Shown here: in pieces, positions 32,370 to 39,671 of the stretch
How the letters are laid out: every line of letters starts with the position of its first letter
Numbering within the stretch: the stretch's first letter is position 1
Translations under genes and position numbers: made by a program
Notes under the pieces: model-generated
Database searches by the model: none
Told to the model about the DNA's origin: nothing
Seen by the model: the letters and a program-made list of their open reading frames with translations, nothing else
Origin: Candidatus Parcubacteria bacterium
GTDB lineage: Bacteria > Patescibacteriota > Minisyncoccia > UBA6257 > 2-01-FULL-56-20
Direction of reading: 5' to 3'
Assembly (NCBI GenBank): GCA_041169145.1
Contig: JBEEJO010000003.1
Coordinates: 1 to 39,671, forward strand
Length of the DNA stretch: 39,671 nt

Positions 32370-33695
32370 ATGATAAAACACACCAAATCAGCGCGAGGCG
32401 ACAAGCAGGCAAAACGGGCGTCGCAATTCTTTCAGACGCCGAAGGGCATGCACGACGTGTTGCCGTCCGATCAACAGTGGTGGGATCGGGTGCGGCGGGT
32501 CGCTCGGGATCTTGCCGACTTCTATTCGTTCTCGAGGATAGAGACGCCCGTCTTGGAGTCCGCCGATCTTTTCACGCGCGGGGTCGGCGAGGAGACGGAC
32601 ATCGTGCAGAAAGAGATGTATGTTCTGAAGACGAAAGGCGGGGACACGCTTGCTCTCCGGCCCGAAGGCACTGCAGCGGTGTGCCGCGCGTATTTGGAAC
32701 ACCATTTGAGCCGGAACGCTCCGCCGCAGAAGCTGTGGTATGACGGACCGTTCTTCCGGCACGAAAATCCGCAGGCAGGGCGGTTCCGGCAGTTCAACCA
32801 GATCGGATTTGAGATCATCGGCGGGCAGAATGACCCGGTCTACGACGCGCAGATCATCATTGTGTTCGAGCGCTTACTTGAAGAATTGAAGATCAAGAAT
32901 CGGACGCTGAAGATCAACTCTATCGGTTGTCGGGTTTGCCGGCCTATCTACAAGAAGCAACTGCAATATGCGTACCGCCAGTACGAAAAAGGGCTGTGCG
33001 GTGATTGCGCGCGCCGACTCAAGTCGAATCCGCTTCGGCTCCTGGATTGTAAGAAACCGGAATGTCAGGAAGCGAAGGAAAAGGCGCCGAATTTTTTGGA
33101 CAAGCTGTGCGTGACGTGCAGCGGCCACTTGAAGGGCGTTCTGGAATATCTTGACGAAGTCGGCATCCCGTACGGGCTCGACAATCGGCTGGTTCGCGGA
33201 TTGGACTATTATAGCCGCACGGTCTTTGAATTCGGCGTTGAGGGCGCGGGTTCGGAAGTCGGCACGCTTCCCGGCGGTGGCCGGTATGATTACCTGATGG
33301 AGCTTCTGGGCGGCAGGCTGACGCCCGCGGTCGGCGGCGCATGCGGTATTGAACGGCTTATCGCCGTCATGAAGGCGCAGGATGTGAAGCTCCCGCCGCG
33401 CCAGCCGAAGAAAGTATTCCTCATGCATGTTGGCGAGACGGCAAAGAAGAAATCCGTGAAGATCATCGAAGACCTCCGCGTCGCCGGTGTTTCGGTGATG
33501 GAATCGCTGGGCCGCGAATCCCTTCGCGCTCAGCTCAAAACAGCCGACAAGGAAGGCACGGAACTCGCTCTTATTTTTGGCCAAAAGGAGATATTCGAAG
33601 AGAGCATTATCGTGCGGAATTTGAAGACCAGCTTGCAAGAAACAGTCCCGTTGGTTAAACTAGTGGAAGAAATCAAACGTCGCGCGAAAGGATAA
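32370..33695 (+). CDS. hisS: Histidine--tRNA ligase
   Basis: KEMY, LRPEGTA, FRHE.PQAGR.RQF.Q, RGLDYY, GGGRYD, GIER. Confidence 0.97.
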   Translation: MIKHTKSARGDKQAKRASQFFQTPKGMHDVLPSDQQWWDRVRRVARDLADFYSFSRIETPVLESADLFTRGVGEETDIVQKEMYVLKTKGGDTLALRPEGTAAVCRAYLEHHLSRNAPPQKLWYDGPFFRHENPQAGRFRQFNQIGFEIIGGQNDPVYDAQIIIVFERLLEELKIKNRTLKINSIGCRVCRPIYKKQLQYAYRQYEKGLCGDCARRLKSNPLRLLDCKKPECQEAKEKAPNFLDKLCVTCSGHLKGVLEYLDEVGIPYGLDNRLVRGLDYYSRTVFEFGVEGAGSEVGTLPGGGRYDYLMELLGGRLTPAVGGACGIERLIAVMKAQDVKLPPRQPKKVFLMHVGETAKKKSVKIIEDLRVAGVSVMESLGRESLRAQLKTADKEGTELALIFGQKEIFEESIIVRNLKTSLQETVPLVKLVEEIKRRAKG

Positions 33696-34111
33696 TGAGC
33701 GCAGCAGATTGTCTTTTTTGCAGGGTTGCCAAGCACGAGATTCCCTCGAACGTGGTATTCGAGGATGAGCGCACGATTGCGTTCCTGGACATCAATCCAT
33801 GCTCGTGGGGCCATACGATCGTTATCTCGAAGCTTCACAGTGCCGGATTGACCGATCTTCCGCCCAGCGAAGTTGGACCGCTCTTTACGACCGTGAAGCA
33901 TCTTACGGACCGTTTGCTTGAAGCGTTGCCTGCGGTAGGGATCACGATCGGTGTGAATCACGGACAGGGCGCGGGACAGATCGTTCCCCATCTCCACATC
34001 CACTTGATCCCGCGATATGCGGGGGATGGGGGAGGGAACATCCATTCCATCGTCCATCAGACGCCTCCGGAATCCGTAGAAGCGACCGCAAAAACATTGA
34101 AGTTGTCGTAA
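33695..34111 (+). CDS. HIT-family nucleotide hydrolase
   Basis: CLFC, AFLDINP, histidine triad HLHIH. Confidence 0.93.
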   Translation: MSAADCLFCRVAKHEIPSNVVFEDERTIAFLDINPCSWGHTIVISKLHSAGLTDLPPSEVGPLFTTVKHLTDRLLEALPAVGITIGVNHGQGAGQIVPHLHIHLIPRYAGDGGGNIHSIVHQTPPESVEATAKTLKLS

Positions 34112-34143
34112 ATCATCATCAATATAATTCTTCCCCATACGTC

Positions 34144-34356
34144 ATGCTTGAAGTACGCCGAAAAGAAGGAGAAACCCCCGCGAGTCTCATGTACCGCTTC
34201 GGAAAGCGGGTGAAGCAAAGCGGGATACTGACGGAAACGCGCAAGCGCCGTTTTCGCGGCCGCGCCGTGAATCGTCGCAAGCGCCGGCTTTCGGCGCAAT
34301 ATCGTTCGGTGAAACGGGTTGAAACTGCCCGACAGAAGAAGCTCGGCATTTTGTAA
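34144..34356 (+). CDS. rpsU: 30S ribosomal protein S21
   Basis: EVRRKEGE....L..RF.K.V..SG.L...RKR, very basic; upstream of yqeY. Confidence 0.8.
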   Translation: MLEVRRKEGETPASLMYRFGKRVKQSGILTETRKRRFRGRAVNRRKRRLSAQYRSVKRVETARQKKLGIL

Positions 34357-34447
34357 TGCCGTCGATGCCGATCCCGCATCGATTGTTCGAACGGCGGATC
34401 GGCGCATCGGCGACGAGCGGCCGGCATATCGTTTGCAGATTGGCATC

Positions 34448-34894
34448 ATGAATCTTCACGAACACATCGTACAAGACGCCGCCACCGCACAAAAGGCGGG
34501 CGATGCCGTGCGTCTTGGTACGCTTCGTCTCTTGATCGCAGCTGCCCAGAACCGCGCGATCGAAAAACGTGCCGGAAACTCGGATGTGAAGCTTTCGGAC
34601 GACGACATGCTGGAGCTTTTGCGCCGCGAGGCCAAAAAGCGTCGCGAAGCCATTGAGTTGTATGCCAAAGGCGGCCGAGACGACCTTCGCACAAAGGAGG
34701 AAGCGGAGCTCGCAATTATCGCGGGTTATCTTCCTGCGGAGATGAGCCGTGCAGATGTCATCGTAGTGGTGAAGCGCCTTGCTGGTGCGGGTTCGCAGGA
34801 GTTCTCCTCGCTCATGAAAGCCGCCATGGCGGAGCTCAAAGGCAAGGCGGACGGGAGAGTGGTGAGCGACGTGGTGAAAGAAGTCCTCTCGTAA
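34448..34894 (+). CDS. GatB/YqeY domain protein
   Basis: KKRREAIELY.KGGR.DL...E..EL.II..YLP, GKADG..V. Confidence 0.92.
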   Translation: MNLHEHIVQDAATAQKAGDAVRLGTLRLLIAAAQNRAIEKRAGNSDVKLSDDDMLELLRREAKKRREAIELYAKGGRDDLRTKEEAELAIIAGYLPAEMSRADVIVVVKRLAGAGSQEFSSLMKAAMAELKGKADGRVVSDVVKEVLS

Positions 34895-34896
34895 CC

Positions 34897-35376
34897 ATGA
34901 GACCCTCCCGGCGTATACCTGGCGGAAGCGTCTCGCCGGAATCCCTAGAGGCGCTTGCCGGTCCTGTGGCCCGGCTTATGGGGGTCCGGGGAGCCGTGGT
35001 CGTCCGGGTGGCTTTTTTGCCGAACCGAGCCCTCCAGCGCCTGAAATTACGGCATCTTGGACGTCGCGCGGCATTCGTGAATGTCCTGACCTTTCCGGAG
35101 CCCGAGGGATTTCCGCATCCGGAGAGCCGCCGCCGGTCATTGGGGGAGATCTATCTGAACGATTCGTACCCGAGCAGCGACCCGGATGAGGGTGTTCGCA
35201 TGTTTATCCACGGAATGGCGCACTTGTGCGGCTTCAACCATAAGGGACGTCGTGATACGATTGATATGCAAGCGGCGGAGCACCGGGTGCTTGCGCGGAT
35301 CGCGAAAGTCCGCGGAACGTATCGTCTATCATCTCATCACCAAGGGAAGCGCTATGAAAATTCTCACCGGACTTGA
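34897..35376 (+). CDS. ybeY: rRNA maturation endoribonuclease YbeY
   Basis: NVLTF, LGEIYL, HG..HL.G..H zinc motif, M...E. Confidence 0.85.
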   Translation: MRPSRRIPGGSVSPESLEALAGPVARLMGVRGAVVVRVAFLPNRALQRLKLRHLGRRAAFVNVLTFPEPEGFPHPESRRRSLGEIYLNDSYPSSDPDEGVRMFIHGMAHLCGFNHKGRRDTIDMQAAEHRVLARIAKVRGTYRLSSHHQGKRYENSHRT

Positions 35377-36571
35377 TATCGGCACGTCATCGGTCAGAGC
35401 GGTCGTCGTCGAGAATAGGGGAGGAAAGCCCCTGCTTCGCGGCGCGTTTCGCGAACCATCCGCAGGATTGAAGAAGGGTGCCATCCACGATCTTGCCGAA
35501 GCAACGAGTGCCGTCGGGAAAGTGCTCCACGAGGCAAAGCGTGTTCACCATTCGGCGCTCAAGACGGTTTACGTGAACATCGGTACGTCTCAGGTAAAAA
35601 CGCAGCCTTCTCGCGGGATCGTTGCCGTATCGCGCACTGATAGCGAGATTTATCAGGACGATATTGATCGCGTGGAAAAGGCGAGCGTGCAGGCCGTGCC
35701 GTTGTCGCCGAACCGCACGGTCGTGCACAATATCACCCGTGAATTCATCGTGGACGGCGTCGGAGACATCATCGATCCGCTCGGGCTTTCCGGAAGCCGG
35801 CTTGAGGTGTCCAGCGTTATCGTCGATGCGTTTGCGCCGCACGTGAAAGCCATCATCCGCGTGGTGGAACTCGCCGGAGGGCATATCGGCGGGATCATCG
35901 TGAATCCGCTTGCCGCAGGCCGCGCAACGCTCAGCAAATCGCAGAAAGAACTTGGCGTTGTTCTCATCGACATCGGCACGGGGACGACCGGCATCGCTAT
36001 ATATGAAGAACAAAAACTGGTGAATATGTCCGTGTTCCCTGTCGGTGCGGGGAATGTGACGAACGATGTCGCGATCCGACTGAAAATTCCCGTCGCCGCC
36101 GCGGAGAATCTGAAGTTGAACTACGGTTATGCCATCGCGAGCGATATCAACATCCGCGAGAACATCGATATCGAGAAATTCGCGCCGGAAATGCATGGCA
36201 TGATATCCCGCCGACTGGTCGCCGAAACGATGGAAGTTCGGCTTGCAGAAATCATGGATCTGGTGAATACTGAGCTCAAATTATCGGGAAAGGTTGGGCG
36301 TCTTGCCGGCGGGGCGGTTTTCGTCGGCGGGGGATCAAAGCTTCCGGGCCTTACGGAGCTTGCGCGGAGCGAATTGCGGCTCTCGACCCAGATCGGTTGT
36401 ACGTCGCGGGATGGTTGGGTCGTGGAATCCGACGAGTTCACTGATACTTTTGAAGATCCGGAATTTGCCGTTGCGCTGGGGCTCGCGATGACCGGAACGG
36501 AGAAAGAGGGATGGCCCGCAGACGCTTCTCCCGGATTACATAAAAAATTATTGCGCTACTTCCTTCCTTAA
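35354..36571 (+). CDS. ftsA: Cell division protein FtsA
   Basis: GLDIGTS, VVLIDIG.GTT, AENLK..YG, GGGSKL.G; directly upstream of ftsZ. Confidence 0.95.
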   Translation: MKILTGLDIGTSSVRAVVVENRGGKPLLRGAFREPSAGLKKGAIHDLAEATSAVGKVLHEAKRVHHSALKTVYVNIGTSQVKTQPSRGIVAVSRTDSEIYQDDIDRVEKASVQAVPLSPNRTVVHNITREFIVDGVGDIIDPLGLSGSRLEVSSVIVDAFAPHVKAIIRVVELAGGHIGGIIVNPLAAGRATLSKSQKELGVVLIDIGTGTTGIAIYEEQKLVNMSVFPVGAGNVTNDVAIRLKIPVAAAENLKLNYGYAIASDINIRENIDIEKFAPEMHGMISRRLVAETMEVRLAEIMDLVNTELKLSGKVGRLAGGAVFVGGGSKLPGLTELARSELRLSTQIGCTSRDGWVVESDEFTDTFEDPEFAVALGLAMTGTEKEGWPADASPGLHKKLLRYFLP

Positions 36572-36576
36572 TCATC

Positions 36577-37803
36577 ATGGCAAAAACGAAATCAGCAAAA
36601 CCGAGGCGCGAGCGGCCGCAATCGTCCCTTTCGCCGCTTGTCATTAAGGTCGTCGGCATCGGTGGCGGCGGCGGGAACGCCGTTGCGCGCATCAGCAAAG
36701 AATTCGTCCGTGGCGTTGAGTTCATCGCCATTAATACGGACCACCAAGACCTTGATTACTGCGAGGTTCGTCGGAAAGTCTACATCGGCAAGAATTTGAC
36801 GCATGGCCTTGGTACCGGCATGAATCCCGAGCTTGGGCGCCAGGCTGCGGAGGAAAATCGTTCGGAGATCGCGGAGGCATTGAACGGCGCCGATCTCGTA
36901 TTTCTTGCCGCGGGTCTCGGCGGCGGCACCGGTTCGGGCACGACGCCCATCGTTGCGGAAGTGGCAAAACAGATGGGAGCGCTCACGCTCGCATTCGTCA
37001 CGAAGCCTTTTACGTTCGAGGGAAGTCAGCGACAGCGCATTGCGGAGGACGCGCTCGTAAAACTTAAAGACAAGGTGGATGCATTGATCGTTGTTCCGAA
37101 CGACCGCATTTTCACTATCATCAGCAAAGAGACGCCTATTCTCAAGGCATTCGAGGCTATAGACGATGTGCTGCGGAACGCCCTTATGGGCCTTGTAGAG
37201 CTCATCGTGACGCCGGGCATCGTGAACGTCGATTTCGCGGACGTGCGCGCCGTGGTGCAGGACGCCGGTTCGGCCATCGTCGGTATCGGCGTCGCGTCGG
37301 GCCAGGACCGTGCGGTCCAGGCCGTGAATCAGGCATTGAACTCTCCGCTCTTGGAAGTGAATCCGGAGGGCGCGACCGGAGTTCTTCTCGGTATTTCCGG
37401 CGGGCGCGATATGCGCATGCAGGAGATCAGTGAAGCGGCGAAGATCGTCGCGCAGACCATCGACCCGTCTGCTCGCATCATTTTTGGTGCATATCACGAC
37501 CGGAAGATGAAACCGAACCAGTTGAAGATAACGCTCATCGCCACAGGCTTCGGAAATACGGGCTCTTCGGCGTCGCTCTTCGGCGAAGGCAAGGGATTCT
37601 TCGGCGGGCGCAGTCCGGTGTTTCCGGCCGAGGAAATGAAAGCGCGCGAAGAAGGGAAGGGCAAACAACCGGAGGAGCTCCTGTTCGTGAAAAAAGAGAA
37701 ACCCGTTGATTCGGCAGAAAAAGAAGAGAAGGGGAAGGAGAACAAAAAGACCGACGCGGACGCCTGGGACATACCTACCTTTCTGCGGAGAAAGAAGAAG
37801 TAG
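36577..37803 (+). CDS. ftsZ: Cell division protein FtsZ
   Basis: GGGGGNA, GGGTGSG signature, NVDFAD T7 loop, C-terminal DIPTFLR peptide. Confidence 0.98.
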   Translation: MAKTKSAKPRRERPQSSLSPLVIKVVGIGGGGGNAVARISKEFVRGVEFIAINTDHQDLDYCEVRRKVYIGKNLTHGLGTGMNPELGRQAAEENRSEIAEALNGADLVFLAAGLGGGTGSGTTPIVAEVAKQMGALTLAFVTKPFTFEGSQRQRIAEDALVKLKDKVDALIVVPNDRIFTIISKETPILKAFEAIDDVLRNALMGLVELIVTPGIVNVDFADVRAVVQDAGSAIVGIGVASGQDRAVQAVNQALNSPLLEVNPEGATGVLLGISGGRDMRMQEISEAAKIVAQTIDPSARIIFGAYHDRKMKPNQLKITLIATGFGNTGSSASLFGEGKGFFGGRSPVFPAEEMKAREEGKGKQPEELLFVKKEKPVDSAEKEEKGKENKKTDADAWDIPTFLRRKKK

Positions 37804-37811
37804 ATAGGTCA

Positions 37812-37910
37812 CAGCGGGAAAGGGGTCGGGGAAACGGGAGTTTCCCCGTGGCGGAGCACACGAACCGATGGGTTCGTGGGAGCGGCTTGCTGTATGGCGA
37901 GCCGCGACGT
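37812..37910 (+). repeat. Three-hairpin structured element, copy B
   Basis: GGGGTCGGGGAAAC-GGGA-GTTTCCCCGTGGCGGA..CACGAACC-GATG-GGTTCGTG..GCGGCTTGC-TGTATG-GCGAGCCGC-GACGT. Confidence 0.75.
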
Positions 37911-37948
37911 GGGACATACCTACCTTTCTGCGACGTAAAAAGAAGTAA
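37910..37948 (+). repeat. Direct repeat of the ftsZ 3' end
   Basis: 23-bp identity to 37765-37787, then synonymous codons for RKKK and a stop. Confidence 0.9.
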
Positions 37949-37956
37949 GAGCAGAT

Positions 37957-37984
37957 GATAACGCCCCGCATGCGGGGCGTTATC
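37957..37984. terminator. Probable bidirectional terminator between ftsZ and rmuC
   Basis: Perfect 28-bp palindrome GATAACGCCCCGCATGCGGGGCGTTATC. Confidence 0.7.
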
Positions 37985-37986
37985 TG

Positions 37987-39030
37987 TTATTCTTCGTCGC
38001 TTCGCGGGCCTTCGATCGCCATTGGTTCAATATCCATCGCTTCACCGGTTATTTTCAGCACATCCTTGTCTACCTTCTTGAATTCCTTTGAAGCGGCGTT
38101 ATACATATTCACGGTCGTGCCAAGGTGTGTTCCGAGCTTTCGCATGTATTCTTCATAGCTCACGAGGTGTTTTCCGAGCAACTCCACATTCTGCCGTATC
38201 TCTTTCGCTGACTCCTCGATTTTCAGGGCATTCAGACCTTGGAGGACTGTTTGGAGATAGGCAAGGAACGACGTGGGGGATACGATAATAACGTGTCGTT
38301 CTTTGAACGCGTATTCGATAAGGTCGCGCGTATTCACTTTGACGGCACCGACCTGGGCGATAAGAAGGTCGTAGTAAATGGCTTCGTGGGGAATGAACAT
38401 GAATGCGAAGTCCATCGTTCCTTCGGCGGGTTTTACGTACTTCGCGGTCTCGTCGATCCGGTTTTTCAGGTCGCTCTTGAAGGTTTTTTCCAGACGTTCC
38501 CGTTCCAGCGGATCCTTCTCTTCGGTGAGGCGGTTGTAGTTCTCAATGGAAAACTTTGAATCAATAGGAATGACCTTGTCGCGTACGAAGACGACGGCGT
38601 CCACGATGGTGCCGTCCTTGAAGGGATATTGCATTTGATAACTGCCCGGCGGGAGGACGTTCTTCAAAAGCGTTTCCAAATAATATTCACCGAGGATGCC
38701 GCGCTGTTTGGGATTCTTCAAAATATCCTGCAGGTTCTGCAATTGGTCGGCGAAGCTGATGACCTGCTTGTTCGTTTCGTCAAGCCGCGTGAGTTTTTCG
38801 GTGACGTCTTGGATGATCTTCGCCGATTGGCCGAACTGCTCGCGCATCGCCTTGGTGGAGTCTCCAAGCTTTGCATCAAGCGTCCGGGTGAGTTCGTTCA
38901 GCTGATTCTGGAGAAGGAGGAGGGATTGGTCCGCCGGTTTTTCCTCCCGACCGCGACGGATAGCCGTCCAGACGGCATAGAGGCCGCCGGTGAGGATGAC
39001 GAGGGTGATGACGAGCAACGTTTCCATCAT
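37987..39030 (-). CDS. rmuC: DNA recombination protein RmuC
   Basis: N-terminal TM, coiled coil, K.RG..GE..LE, IPIDSKF, DFAFMFIP.E, SPT.F.A.L. Start could be 39027, 39030 or 39036. Confidence 0.93.
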   Translation of the reverse strand: MMETLLVITLVILTGGLYAVWTAIRRGREEKPADQSLLLLQNQLNELTRTLDAKLGDSTKAMREQFGQSAKIIQDVTEKLTRLDETNKQVISFADQLQNLQDILKNPKQRGILGEYYLETLLKNVLPPGSYQMQYPFKDGTIVDAVVFVRDKVIPIDSKFSIENYNRLTEEKDPLERERLEKTFKSDLKNRIDETAKYVKPAEGTMDFAFMFIPHEAIYYDLLIAQVGAVKVNTRDLIEYAFKERHVIIVSPTSFLAYLQTVLQGLNALKIEESAKEIRQNVELLGKHLVSYEEYMRKLGTHLGTTVNMYNAASKEFKKVDKDVLKITGEAMDIEPMAIEGPRSDEE

Positions 39031-39181
39031 GGCCATTGTATCCTACCCCGTTTCTTGGCAGAGACAAAATCGGATTTTGCTTTCGCGTTCCGGATAAACT
39101 GCTTCGCGCGGAAGAGCGAGGCGGTGCGGTAGGCCGGACGTCCGGGACGACTGCCGACTTTATGATGCTGTTTCATATAGC

Positions 39182-39670
39182 TCAATATCCCGCGAATTCC
39201 TCGGTTCTGATATTGTCCGGATCAATGCCGGCGCCTTCGGCGATGGGGAGCATTGCGGAGACGAACGCCGGCGGGCCGACGATGTAGGCGATAGGGGACG
39301 GGTTGCCGGCCTTCTGCGATGTGAGGCGGACGAGGTGGGTGCGCAGCATCGGTTCGGTGATCTGTCCGACCTCGTGGATCCAATCCTTCGGTTGTTCGTC
39401 AGTTATCGTCGGGATGAATATGAAGGCATGGTTTTCCCTTGCCCATGCTTCAAAGTCGGCGAGGAATGCGGCGCTCGCGACGGTGCGGTTCGAATAGAGC
39501 AGCATAAGGTTGTGGGGGAGCTTTCGATATATCGCGTCCGCGATGATGGAACGGATCGGCGTGATGCCGATGCCGCCGACAAGGAATAGCGCCGGGCGGT
39601 CGGCGTTCTTATGAAGGACGAACGAGCCCATCGGTGCGGATACGTGCACTTTTGTGCCGAGCGGGACGTT
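39182..39670 (-). CDS. FAD/NAD(P)-binding oxidoreductase, ferredoxin-NADP reductase family (5'-truncated)
   Basis: P.GSF.L, GGIGITP, LLYSNR, Y..GPP, C-terminal E.F.GY. Confidence 0.88.
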   Translation of the reverse strand, partial: NVPLGTKVHVSAPMGSFVLHKNADRPALFLVGGIGITPIRSIIADAIYRKLPHNLMLLYSNRTVASAAFLADFEAWARENHAFIFIPTITDEQPKDWIHEVGQITEPMLRTHLVRLTSQKAGNPSPIAYIVGPPAFVSAMLPIAEGAGIDPDNIRTEEFAGY

Positions 39671-39671
39671 C

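Overview
A GC-rich bacterial chromosome segment. Its gene content (Parcubacteria-style type IV pilins, few Shine-Dalgarno motifs, no biosynthetic genes) suggests Patescibacteria/CPR; this is an inference. Core genes are a 5'-truncated in-frame rpoB-rpoC fusion, rpsF-ssb-rpsR, a PAP2 phosphatase, parAB, rel, topA, dprA, an RluA-family pseudouridine synthase, a type IV pilus locus with two large mosaic adhesins, pth, lepB, hisS, HIT, rpsU, yqeY, ybeY, ftsA, ftsZ, rmuC and a partial FNR-family reductase. There are three tRNAs: Leu-CAA, Val-GAC and Ile-GAT. The most unusual signals: (1) a ~100-nt three-hairpin element present twice with compensatory base changes, each copy lying between directly repeated 3' ends of an essential gene (tRNA-Leu and ftsZ; the spare ftsZ end is synonymously recoded); (2) an intact tRNA-Ile nested between exact copies of its own 5' and 3' halves, split at the anticodon loop; (3) two pilin/adhesin gene pairs where a domain appears to start in the pilin and finish at the end of the next gene, with further nested domain insertions inside the adhesins; (4) a low-GC HNH cassette bounded by tRNA T-arm-like motifs. 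No CRISPR array, transposase or integrase was seen.
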